A DNA stretch of 64,000 nt. It comes from an uncultured Gemmatimonadales bacterium (GTDB lineage: Bacteria > Gemmatimonadota > Gemmatimonadetes > Longimicrobiales > RSA9). Below, piece after piece: positions 27,816-36,767 of the stretch. The position numbers were made by a program, and so were the translations under genes. The notes beneath the pieces are model-generated. The model was not told the DNA's origin and made no database searches. It saw only the letters and a program-made list of their open reading frames with translations. The first letter of the stretch is position 1; every line of letters starts with the position of its first letter. The DNA lies in NCBI GenBank assembly GCA_963741945.1, contig CAVUKA010000003.1, positions 659,998 to 723,997 of the forward strand. The letters run 5' to 3'.

Positions 27816-28065
27816 TCTGTCACCGGGAACTGTTGGTCGCCAAGGCGCCGATCGGGGAAACGCACGCCATCCCCTGCTCACGGCCCCAACCGCCTGTCGC
27901 CCAACCGGTTCCGGTGCGGACCATCGGCGTCCGTCGCGGCACGACGGTGGCTCGGACGGGGCGCCTGGATGACTCATCCGCGTATGCCGCCCCCACCCGG
28001 ACCGCTCCTCCATGCGGCCCGGCTCTCCAGCTCTCGCATACCGACCAACAGTTCCTGGTGACAGA
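27816..28065. mobile_element. MITE-like non-coding element (~250 bp) bounded by 24-bp inverted repeats
   Basis: tctgtcaccgggaactgttggtcg (27816-27839) pairs with cgaccaacagttcctggtgacaga (28042-28065), 23/24 match. No transposase and no clear target-site duplication. Confidence 0.5.
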
Positions 28066-28145
28066 GACCGATGGTGTTCCGGGTCCATGCGCAGCACGGC
28101 GGCGAACCCGGTTCGGATCGGTTTGAAACGTCGGCGTCCCCAGGC

Positions 28146-28220
28146 GCTTCCACCTGGTGCGCAGCGCCGGCGGTGAAGCCGCTTCCACCTGGTGAGCAGC
28201 GCCGGCGGCAAAGCCGCTTC
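28146..28220. repeat. 35-bp tandem direct repeat (2 copies plus 5 nt)
   Basis: gcttccacctggtg(c/a)gcagcgccggcgg(tg/ca)aagcc occurs twice, upstream of the M16 operon. Confidence 0.85.
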
Positions 28221-28296
28221 GACCCTCGCCCCTCCGCCGCTGACGCCCTAGCTTGCGCCCCCGAAGCCCTACCGACTCGACCAAAGGCGAGGACGC

Positions 28297-29658
28297 ATGA
28301 GGAAATTCGTGATCCCGGGGCTGCTCCTGGGGCTGGTCGCTGTGGCGGCCGCCTGGGCCCGGCCGGGGGAGTGGGCGGCGCGCGCGGCGCAGGACGCCAA
28401 GATCTTCCCGTTCGGATACGAGAAAGTGGTGTTGGACAACGGCTTCACGGCGTACCTGGTGGAGGGCGGGGCGCCCGGCCAGATCGCGTACGTGAGCATG
28501 GTGCGCACCGGGAGCCGCGACGAGGTGGAGCCGGGGCGCAGCGGCTACGCCCACTTCTTCGAGCACATGATGTTCCGGGGCACGGAGAAGTACCCGCAGT
28601 ACGACGCGGTGACGGCGTCCATGGGCGCGGCCCGGAACGCGTTCACGAGCGACGACATGACCGTCTTCTATCTGGTGCTCGCGAACGAGTACCTGGAGAA
28701 GGTGATGGACCTGGAGAGCGACCGTTTCCGGAACCTCGCGTATTCGGAGGCGGACTTCCGGACGGAAGCGGGCTCCATCCTCGGCGAGCAGCAGCAGGGC
28801 AAGCTGAGCCCGTTCCGGTTCCTGGAGGAAGCGATCCGGGCGAAAGCGTACGACGTCCACACCTACCGGCACACGACGATCGGCTTCGAGGAGGATGTCC
28901 GCAACATGCCGGAAGGATACGACTACAGCCGGTCATTCTACCACCGGTTCTACCGCCCCGAGAACGTGGTGCTGGTGATCGCCGGCGACTTCGACCCGGG
29001 TCGGGCGAAGCAGCTGATCGAGCAGTACTACGGCGGCTGGCAGGCCGGCTACGAGGCGCCGAAGATCCAGCCGGAGCCGGAGCAGACGGCGGCGCGGGAC
29101 ACCGTCGTCAGGTATCCCGGCCGCACGCTTCCCATCCTCTCCGTCAACTACAAGGCGCCTGCCTGGAGCCCGACGAACAGGGATGCGGTTGCGCTGGAAG
29201 TCCTCGGCCGCGCGGCGTTCGGCCCGAACTCCGACCTGTACCGCGAACTGGTGCTCCAGAAGCGCCAGGTCCAGTACCTGTCCGCCGGCTTCGGCCTCGC
29301 GCGCGACCCGGCGCTGGTCAGTCTCACCACGATGGTGAACGACCCGGCGGCGGTGGACGCCATCGAGCAGCGGGTGCTCCAGGAAGTGGAGCGGTTCCGC
29401 ACCGAGCTGGTGGACCGGAAAGTCCTTGCGGACACCAAGAGCAACATGAAGTACAGCTTCCTCATGGGGCTCGAGAACGCGCAGGACATCGCGTTCAGCC
29501 TGGTCCCGTTCGTCATCAACACGGGCGGGCTGGAGGCGGTGGAGACGTACTACCAGACGCTCGAGGGCGTGACGGCGGAAGACCTGCGCCAGGCCGCCGA
29601 GGCCTACCTGGTCCCGAGCGGGCGCACCACGGTCACCATGATCCAGGCGGAGGGGTGA
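28297..29658 (+). CDS. M16 family zinc peptidase (catalytic subunit)
   Basis: GYAHFFEHMMFRGT (HxxEH), NAFTS and FYRPEN. Confidence 0.93.
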   Translation: MRKFVIPGLLLGLVAVAAAWARPGEWAARAAQDAKIFPFGYEKVVLDNGFTAYLVEGGAPGQIAYVSMVRTGSRDEVEPGRSGYAHFFEHMMFRGTEKYPQYDAVTASMGAARNAFTSDDMTVFYLVLANEYLEKVMDLESDRFRNLAYSEADFRTEAGSILGEQQQGKLSPFRFLEEAIRAKAYDVHTYRHTTIGFEEDVRNMPEGYDYSRSFYHRFYRPENVVLVIAGDFDPGRAKQLIEQYYGGWQAGYEAPKIQPEPEQTAARDTVVRYPGRTLPILSVNYKAPAWSPTNRDAVALEVLGRAAFGPNSDLYRELVLQKRQVQYLSAGFGLARDPALVSLTTMVNDPAAVDAIEQRVLQEVERFRTELVDRKVLADTKSNMKYSFLMGLENAQDIAFSLVPFVINTGGLEAVETYYQTLEGVTAEDLRQAAEAYLVPSGRTTVTMIQAEG

Positions 29659-29663
29659 GCACC

Positions 29664-31199
29664 ATGCGACGCACCATCATTCTGGCCGCCCTCGCCCTCG
29701 CCGGCTGCGCGGCCGGCCCCAACCTCGACCAGGAGAGCGACCCCGGGCTGGTGACGATGAAGGAAGAGTCGCCGTTCGTCGCCTTCGACGTCTGGGTGAA
29801 GGCGGGCTCGCAGAACGACCCGGAGGGGAAGGAAGGGCTGGCGGCGCTCACGGCCGAGGTGATCTCGAACGGCGCCACCGCGAACCGCAGCTACCAGGAG
29901 ATCCTGGAAGCGCTCTATCCCATGGCCGCGGGCTACGGCTCCGGCGTGGACAAGGAGATGACCATGTTCACGGGGCGCGTCCACCGGGACAACCTGGACG
30001 CGTACTACGACCTTTTCCAGGACGCGGTCCTGCACCCGGCGTTCGATCCGGAGGACTTCGAGCGGATCAAGTCGCAGACGCTGAACCAGCTGGAGCGCGG
30101 CCGCCGCTATTCCCGCGACGAGGAGCTCTCGAAGGAGCTGCTCTTCTGGATGGCCTACGAGGGGACGCCCTACGCGCACCCGGAGGAAGGCTACGTCCAG
30201 TCGGTGAAGTCCATCACGCTGGATGACGTGGAGGCGTTCTACCGCGACCACTACCTGCGCAACAACATCGTGGTGGGCGTGGGCGGCGGGTACCCGGACG
30301 GCTTCGCGACCCGGGTCCGTGCCGACTTCGACGCGGCGCTGCCGGAAGGCCAGGTCGCCGCGGTCCCGCGGCCGGAGCCCAAGATGCCGGACGGCGCGAA
30401 GGTCGTCATCGTCGAGAAGCCCACGGATGCGACGGCGATCTCCGTCGGCTTCCCCATCGACCTGCTCCGGGGCGACAGCGACTTCGTCGCCATGATGACC
30501 GCCAACTCCTGGTTCGGCGAGCACCGGAACTCGTTCAGCCACCTGTACAACGTGATCCGCGAAGTGCGCGGCATGAACTACGGGGACTACTCCTACATCG
30601 AGGCGTTCCCCGCCGGCTACGCCACGCAGCAGCCGCGCACCAACGTGGCGCGGCGGAGCCAGCTGTTCGAGATCTGGATCCGTCCCATCGCCCGGACGGA
30701 GCCCGGGACGCTGCACGACCGCGCCCTCTTCGCCACGCGCGCCGCGCTGCGTGAGCTGCGCACGCTGGTGGACACGGGGATGCCGCAGCAGACCGTGGAC
30801 GAGACCACGGGCTTCCTGCGCAACTACACCGTCAACTGGGGCAACACCATCGGGCGACGCCTGGCGTACAAGGTGGACGACGCCTTCTACGGCATCGGCC
30901 AGCCCGGCTTCCTCGCCTCCATCCGGCCGGGGCTGGCGGAGCTGGACGCCGACAAGGTGAACGGCGCCATCCGTCGCCACCTGCAGGCGGACAACCTCTA
31001 CATCGTCCTGATCACGAAGGACGCGCAGGGGATGAAGGAGAAGCTGCTGAGCGGCGGCGCCAGCCCCATCACCTACGCCGGGCCGCAGCCGGCAAGCGTG
31101 CTGGAGGAGGACAGTGCGATCGCCCGCTACCCGATCCCGGTGGACGAGGACGACATCAAAATCCTCCCCATCGAGCAGGTGTTCGAGTCGGGCGACTGA
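29664..31199 (+). CDS. M16 family peptidase-like lipoprotein (non-catalytic partner subunit)
   Basis: Lipobox LAGC; GSQNDPEGKEGLAALT; IREVRGMNYGDYSY (R/Y pair); no HxxEH. Confidence 0.88.
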   Translation: MRRTIILAALALAGCAAGPNLDQESDPGLVTMKEESPFVAFDVWVKAGSQNDPEGKEGLAALTAEVISNGATANRSYQEILEALYPMAAGYGSGVDKEMTMFTGRVHRDNLDAYYDLFQDAVLHPAFDPEDFERIKSQTLNQLERGRRYSRDEELSKELLFWMAYEGTPYAHPEEGYVQSVKSITLDDVEAFYRDHYLRNNIVVGVGGGYPDGFATRVRADFDAALPEGQVAAVPRPEPKMPDGAKVVIVEKPTDATAISVGFPIDLLRGDSDFVAMMTANSWFGEHRNSFSHLYNVIREVRGMNYGDYSYIEAFPAGYATQQPRTNVARRSQLFEIWIRPIARTEPGTLHDRALFATRAALRELRTLVDTGMPQQTVDETTGFLRNYTVNWGNTIGRRLAYKVDDAFYGIGQPGFLASIRPGLAELDADKVNGAIRRHLQADNLYIVLITKDAQGMKEKLLSGGASPITYAGPQPASVLEEDSAIARYPIPVDEDDIKILPIEQVFESGD

Positions 31200-31216
31200 C
31201 CCGGACCGCCTAGGCG

Positions 31217-31843
31217 TCACCCCCGTGCCGGGCTCTCCACGAGGGCCCGGCCGGCGGTGGCCTCCGCCACGGCCCGGGCGAACGCTTCCTCGCCGCCCAC
31301 CGGCACCGCAACATCCAGCCGCACGTCCACCTCGAACTCCTCGCCTTCCACCACGCCGTCGGCCTCCTCCACGACGCGTCGCACCGCGTCGAGCCCGCCG
31401 TACTCCACCACCACCACCAGCGGCATCCGCTCCACCCGCTCGATCCGCGGCAGCGCCTCGAGCGCCCGCTGCACGCCGCCCGAGTACGCGCGCTGGAGAC
31501 CGCCCGTCCCCAGCTTCACGCCGCCGTAATAGCGGGTCACCACCGCCACGATCTCGCCCACGCCCGAGTGCAGCAGCGCTTCCAGCATGGGCCGCCCCGC
31601 GGTGCCGTGCGGCTCGCCCGCGTCGCTCATTCCCACGTCCGCCGTCGATCCCGGCGGCCCCGCCACCCACGCCCAGCAGTTGTGCGTGGCGTCGGCGAAC
31701 TCCGCGCGCACGGCGCCGATGAACGCGCGCGCGGCGTCGCCATCCGGCGCGCGGCCGACGGTGGTGATGAACCGGCTGCGCCGGATCGTCTGCTCCACCC
31801 GGTGGCGTTTCGCGGGAACGGGATAGCGCGTCGCGTCGCTCAC
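31217..31843 (-). CDS. yigZ: YigZ/IMPACT family protein
   Basis: RSRFI, ATHNCWA, SDAGEPHGTAGRPM and VTRYYGGVKLGTGGL. Confidence 0.92.
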   Translation of the reverse strand: MSDATRYPVPAKRHRVEQTIRRSRFITTVGRAPDGDAARAFIGAVRAEFADATHNCWAWVAGPPGSTADVGMSDAGEPHGTAGRPMLEALLHSGVGEIVAVVTRYYGGVKLGTGGLQRAYSGGVQRALEALPRIERVERMPLVVVVEYGGLDAVRRVVEEADGVVEGEEFEVDVRLDVAVPVGGEEAFARAVAEATAGRALVESPARG

Positions 31844-31901
31844 GTCTTCGTGGTTCGGGGCCGTTGCGTTCGCTCTCGCCGACCGGGTCAGAAGCGCACC
31901 G

Positions 31902-32877
31902 CTACTCCACGGCTTCCGGCGTCGCTCCGCCGATCTCGATCCGGTCCTCCGTGAGCTCCTCGATGTCCAGCAGCTCGTCGTCGTCGAGCGAGCTCCCCGG
32001 CGTACGCCGTGCCCTCGATCTGTTCAGGCGTGCGTGCGCCCACAATGGCCACGTCCACGGAAGGGTGGGCCAGCACCCACGCCACGGCCAGCTGGGCCAC
32101 GGTGAGGTCCCGCTCGTCGGCGTACTCCTTAAGCCGATCCACGATGCCCAGGTTGTGCGCGAACACCTCGCCCGTGAACGCGCTGCTCTGGCTCCGCCAG
32201 TCGCCATCCGGGAACGTGGTGTCCTCGTCGTACTTCCCGCCCAGCAGCCCATGGGCGAGCGGGCCATAGACGAGCGTGCCGACGCCGTGGGCCTCGCAAT
32301 ACGGCAGGATGTGCTTCTCGATGTCGCGCCGGAAGAGGTGGTACGGCGGCTGGAGCGTGTCCAGATCGTGGAACCGCTCGAACGCCAGCATCTGCTTGGC
32401 GCTGTAGTTCGACACGCCCACGTACCTCGCCTTCCCCTCGGCAACGAGCTCCGCCAGCGCGTCCGCGGTCTCTTCCGGCGCCACTTCGTCGTCCGGCCAG
32501 TGCACCTGGTAGAGGTCGACGTAATCGGTGCCCAGGTGGCGCAGGCTCTCCTCGATCCCCTGCCGCAGCCAGTCGCGGCCCGCGTCGCGGATCATGCCGC
32601 CATCCCCCGGCCGCAGCCCCCCCTTCGTGGCGATCACCAGCTCGTCCCGGTGGTTCCGGATCTCAGGCCGGAGCGCATCGGCCAGCAGCGACTCCGACTT
32701 CCCGAAGCCGTACGCCTGCGCCGTGTCGAAGAAGTTGATCCCCAGGTCCAGCGCCCGCCGCACGGCCGCCTTCGCGTCGTCCGTGTCCAGGCTGCCCCAG
32801 TCGCCGCCGAACTGCCAGCTGCCGAAGCAGATCCGGGAAACCTCGAGGTCCGTCTCGCCCAGCCGAGTGTATTCCAT
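31902..32877 (-). CDS. Aldo/keto reductase (apparent frameshift near 31990)
   Basis: GINFFDTAQAYG, IATKGG, DLYQVHWP, GVSNY and YGPLAHGLL. The natural-looking C-terminus LDDDELLDIEEL..GGATPEAVE* is in a different frame. Confidence 0.88.
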
Positions 32878-33099
32878 CGCCGCCGTTCCTTTCGTTCCGT
32901 TCAGGCACCGTTCGACCATTCGACACCGGGAACGCACGCCCCGCGCCGCCCGAGCATCCTCCGCCCGCCCGCATCCTGCGCCGCCGGCGGCCATTCCACA
33001 ACGGTCGGCCCCGATTCGAGCGATGATTCGGGAAACTGCGACCCGCCCCGACGACCCCCGAGCGCGATCTGCATCCCAACGCCCCTTGGCGGAACCGGA

Positions 33100-33196
33100 T
33101 GCCTATCGATCCCGGATCGCGAGCCCAATGTGCATCCGGACCCCACGCCGGCGATGTCCCGATGCACATTTGTCTCGCAATCCGATCGAAAAGGCA
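33100..33196. other. Long imperfect intergenic inverted repeat (~97-nt hairpin)
   Basis: tgcctatcgatcccggatcgcgagcccaatgtgcatccggac pairs with gtcccgatgcacatttgtctcgcaatccgatcgaaaaggca around a 14-nt loop. Confidence 0.7.
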
Positions 33197-33311
33197 CACG
33201 CGACCGATCCAGGCGCGTCCAGAAGCACGTTCGTCTCGGACGCTGGCCGGCCGACGATGATTCCCGGGCTCCCACACCCTCCGCGCCCTGCGGCCCGGGC
33301 TTCGGGGCGCG

Positions 33312-34652
33312 TCAGGCCCCCGCCGGCTCCCCACGACCGCGCCGGACCCCGCGGAGCGTCACCCCCAGGTAGCTCACGCCCGCGAGCCGCCCGGCGACGA
33401 ACGCGGCGAACGCTGCCGTCGCCCCCACCAGTCCGACGCCCCAGCCGAGCGCCACGAACAGCGTCGCCACGCCGGTCACCTCGATGGCTGTGGCGACCGT
33501 AATGGGCCTCGTGCGCCGTTCCTGCACGAGCAGCGCCCGCTGGAAGGAGAGCAGGACCGTGAGCGCGGGCAGGGCGACGACGATGCGGGTCGGGACGATT
33601 GCGAACGCCGCCAGCTCGGGAGTGAGTCCGGACACGGTCACGAACCAGACGTGCGCGAGCGGGGTGAACGCCACCACGGCCATGCCGGCAGTGGCGACGA
33701 TGCCGAGCACCGTCGCGAACCGGGCCAGCTCCGGGAAGTGCTCGTTGCGCCGCCCGAGCAGCGCGATGGCGGCCTCCTGGAAGCTGAGCCCCAGCGCGCG
33801 GAAGAGGAACGAGAGTGAGTGCACCACCGGGAATACGGCGAGCGATTCGATGGGCGAAGGAGCGCGCCCCATGAAGAACGTGAGCATCGGCTGGACGGTC
33901 AGCCCGATGAGCGACGTCAGCGCCAGCGGATAGTAGAACCGGGCGACGTCGTCGTACCCGAGCGCGGGCGCCGCCGGATCCAGGCGGTCGGGCCCCTCGA
34001 GGATCTCCACCACGGTCCGCCGCGCATACAGGAACGCCGCGACCGCCTCGCTCGTCACCCCCATCGACAGCGCCCCCGCGCCCACCCACGCCCCCGGAAA
34101 GCCGGTGAGCGTCGCCAGCAGGAGGGCCGTGACCCCCATTGCCGCCACGCGGATCACCGTGCCGTACGCCACAAGCCGCGTGCGGCCCGAGCGGATGAGC
34201 AGCCCGTGCCGAAAGCGCCGGAATCCGATCGCCCCCGGCCACGGAAGCAGCAGCCAGAGCGCGCCGTACGTGATCGAAGTGATCTCCGGCGGAAGCCCCA
34301 GCCCGCGGCTCATGATCTCATCGTAGACCGGCGGGATCAGCACCAGGACCAGCAGCGCGGTGGCCCCCACGTTCAATGCGTTGGCGAAGTTGCGCAGCTT
34401 GAAATAGCTGTGGCGATCCTCCACCAGCGCCGTGGACGCGCTCATCAGCATGATGACCGGCGACTCCGTCAGCAGCGCGAACGCGAACGCCACGCCGTAC
34501 GCCGCCAGGTTGAACTTCGGGTCCGGGTGCCGCGCGATCACCGCGGCCAGGAACGGCCCCTCCACCCCCATCATGATCCACGTGGCGGCGAGGGGGAGCC
34601 AGAAGAGGAGGATGGAGCGGGCGGAGCGGGGGCGAAGCTGGGAGCGGCTCAC
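33312..34652 (-). CDS. MATE/MOP-superfamily-like polytopic membrane protein (ANKH-like)
   Basis: About 12 hydrophobic segments with an internal two-fold repeat (FWLPLAAT..IAR..LAAYGVA versus FYYPLALT..MGR..LAVFPVV). Confidence 0.65.
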   Translation of the reverse strand: MSRSQLRPRSARSILLFWLPLAATWIMMGVEGPFLAAVIARHPDPKFNLAAYGVAFAFALLTESPVIMLMSASTALVEDRHSYFKLRNFANALNVGATALLVLVLIPPVYDEIMSRGLGLPPEITSITYGALWLLLPWPGAIGFRRFRHGLLIRSGRTRLVAYGTVIRVAAMGVTALLLATLTGFPGAWVGAGALSMGVTSEAVAAFLYARRTVVEILEGPDRLDPAAPALGYDDVARFYYPLALTSLIGLTVQPMLTFFMGRAPSPIESLAVFPVVHSLSFLFRALGLSFQEAAIALLGRRNEHFPELARFATVLGIVATAGMAVVAFTPLAHVWFVTVSGLTPELAAFAIVPTRIVVALPALTVLLSFQRALLVQERRTRPITVATAIEVTGVATLFVALGWGVGLVGATAAFAAFVAGRLAGVSYLGVTLRGVRRGRGEPAGA

Positions 34653-34907
34653 GTTCGTTGGAGGCCTGGCATTCGTTTGGGGCCTGGCACCAAAATCCAG
34701 ATTCGGCGGATTTCGCTAGCTTCCGATTTCCGGATCGGCCTCGCCGAGGACGTCGGCGGCTGCCGAAGCGGCTGAGGCGTGGCATAATGGGACGTCAGAG
34801 ACACGCGCGCAGGGGGGCAGGGCGAGAATGTGGAATTTGGAGCCAGGTCCGCGAGGGTGTGAACCAGGTCCGGGACGGTGTCCGCGAGGGTATGGGGGGA
34901 GGGCGGG

Positions 34908-35681
34908 ATGACCAGCAGCCAGCTGCTCCCGCGCGAGCACGGCGCCTATGCCCAGCTCGCGTTCCCCCTCCTCACCGGCCTCGCCCTCGCGCGGTTCGCC
35001 CCCGGCGCCCTCGCTTTCGCGGTCGGGGTGGTGTCCGTCTTCCTGGCTCATGAGCCGGTGGCGATCCTGGCGGGCGTCCGCGGCCCGAGGCTCCGCGACA
35101 AGCTCGCCGCCGCCGCGCACAAGCGCCTGGCATTTCTCGGCGGGGCGGCCATCCTGGCGTTGGTGGCCGCCGCGGGCCTCGCCCCCGGGCGCGCGTGGCT
35201 CGCGGCCGGCGCCCCGGCAGTGCTCGCGGCACCGCTGGCCTCCTTTTTCGGCCGCCGGGCAATCAAGTCCGTGGCGGGGGAAATGCTGGTCGCGGGCGCG
35301 CTGTCCGCGCTGGTGCTCCCGCTGGCTCTCACGACGCCGGTGACTTGGGCGCGCGCGGGCACGGCCGCGCTGGTCTGGATGGGCGCCTACCTGCCTGCCG
35401 TTCTGGCGGTGCACGCCGTCAAAGCCAGGCACCTGCGCCGGGCGCGGCACCCATGGACGCTGTGGGCGACGCCGGTCGCCGCCGCGATCGTGGTCGTGGC
35501 CGCGCTCGTCGCCGCCGCGCTGCTACCGTGGCCCGCGCTGACGACACTGGCCGTCCTGCCGCCCGCGCTGGCCGTCCTCGCCATCGGACTGGCCCCGCCG
35601 CACCCCCGGCACCTGAAGCGGATCGGCTGGGCCATGGTGGCCGCCGACACCCTCGCGCTCGTCCTCGTGCTGGCGCTGTAG
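34908..35681 (+). CDS. YwiC-like membrane protein
   Basis: N-terminal LLPREHGAY motif, hydrophobic body and C-terminal LKRIGW. Confidence 0.75.
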   Translation: MTSSQLLPREHGAYAQLAFPLLTGLALARFAPGALAFAVGVVSVFLAHEPVAILAGVRGPRLRDKLAAAAHKRLAFLGGAAILALVAAAGLAPGRAWLAAGAPAVLAAPLASFFGRRAIKSVAGEMLVAGALSALVLPLALTTPVTWARAGTAALVWMGAYLPAVLAVHAVKARHLRRARHPWTLWATPVAAAIVVVAALVAAALLPWPALTTLAVLPPALAVLAIGLAPPHPRHLKRIGWAMVAADTLALVLVLAL

Positions 35682-35690
35682 CCGCGGGCC

Positions 35691-35810
35691 GCCCATCCAC
35701 GCCCATCCACGCCCATCGGCGCCCCCGGCGCCCCCGGCGCCCCCGGCGCCCCCGGCGCCCCCGGCGCCCCCGGCGCCCCCGGCGCCCCCCGCCCCCGGCG
35801 CCCCCCGCCC
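35691..35810. repeat. Intergenic simple repeats: gcccatccac (~2.5 copies), then (cggcgcccc)x8
   Basis: Eight perfect 9-mers at 35717-35788 between convergent genes. Confidence 0.9.
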
Positions 35811-35831
35811 CCTGCCTGACCGCCCTGCCCG

Positions 35832-36596
35832 TCAGTGCAGGCCGAGCGTATACGTACCGACCTCGAAGTTGTAGTAGCTGGTCGCTTCCACGCGGTAGCA
35901 GCCGGGGTCCAGCGTGGTCTGGATCTCCGCGTTGCTCGTGGTGTCGCTGGCGTCGTCGTTGGAGTCGAGCAGGTTCCCGGCCTCGTCGTACAGGGCCAGG
36001 TAGGCGTCGAACTGGCTGGACGCGAGCGTCAGGTCCACTTGCCGGGACTCCGCGAGCGTGAAGTGGTACGGCGCGAAGAAGGCGTAGCCGAGCCACTCGT
36101 CCGAGGAGTCGAGCACGCCGGAGATGTCCTCACCCACCTGGATTTCCGGCAGGTCGGCGCACGTGTACTGGGCATCACCCGCGCCGGTGGGGCAGATCTC
36201 CAGCTGCGACAGGTCCGTGTCCGTGCGGTCCATGGAGATCGTGGAGCCGCCCTCACCCACGGTCAGCTGGTCGGTGGTGGCGCTCAGTGTGATCACGAAC
36301 GTGTCGGCGGCCGTGCCACCGTGCGACTGCAGGGTGTAGCTGTTCCCCGTCTGGCTCACGATATCGTACGCGAATCGGCCAAAGCAGTGGGCGGGGTCTC
36401 CCTGGTAGGTGACGAGCATGTCCTGCGTGATGTCGAAGTAGAGCGTCAGCCCACCGGTCGTGCCCTGCCAGGTGCCGATGATGGACTCGTTGCCGGGCGA
36501 TGGCGACGTGCCGTTGTCGCACGCTCCCAGCGCCAGCGCCGGAACCAGCAGCATGCCCAGGGCCAGCCGCCGGGCGTGGATGTATGGGTTCCTCAA
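35832..36596 (-). CDS. Lipoprotein with C-terminal PPC (pre-peptidase C-terminal)-like domain
   Basis: Lipobox LGAC; FDAYLALYD..LDSNDD..NAEI..PGCYRVEATSY..GTYTL; GGAGG RBS before TTG 36596. Confidence 0.8.
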   Translation of the reverse strand: MRNPYIHARRLALGMLLVPALALGACDNGTSPSPGNESIIGTWQGTTGGLTLYFDITQDMLVTYQGDPAHCFGRFAYDIVSQTGNSYTLQSHGGTAADTFVITLSATTDQLTVGEGGSTISMDRTDTDLSQLEICPTGAGDAQYTCADLPEIQVGEDISGVLDSSDEWLGYAFFAPYHFTLAESRQVDLTLASSQFDAYLALYDEAGNLLDSNDDASDTTSNAEIQTTLDPGCYRVEATSYYNFEVGTYTLGLH

Positions 36597-36767
36597 GGGG
36601 CCCTCCGGTGCATTGGGGAGTCGAGAGTCGGTGGGCGCTGGGCCACGCAAGCTCCGGTCCCCGCCCCTGTCAACGGTTGATGCGACGGGCCCCTCCCGCC
36701 ACCTTCAGGCGGCGCGACGCGCGGACGGCGTGCGCCGGCCGCAGAAACCGAAGCCGGTGAAGTAGAT

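Noticed and set aside
28146-28220. 35-bp repeats as a CRISPR array
   Set aside because: The copies are directly adjacent with no spacers, there are only two, and no cas genes are present.
28071-29663. 1042-aa M16 ORF starting at 28071
   Set aside because: The N-terminal half is an out-of-frame overlap with the first M16 gene. The lipoprotein signal starts at 29664.
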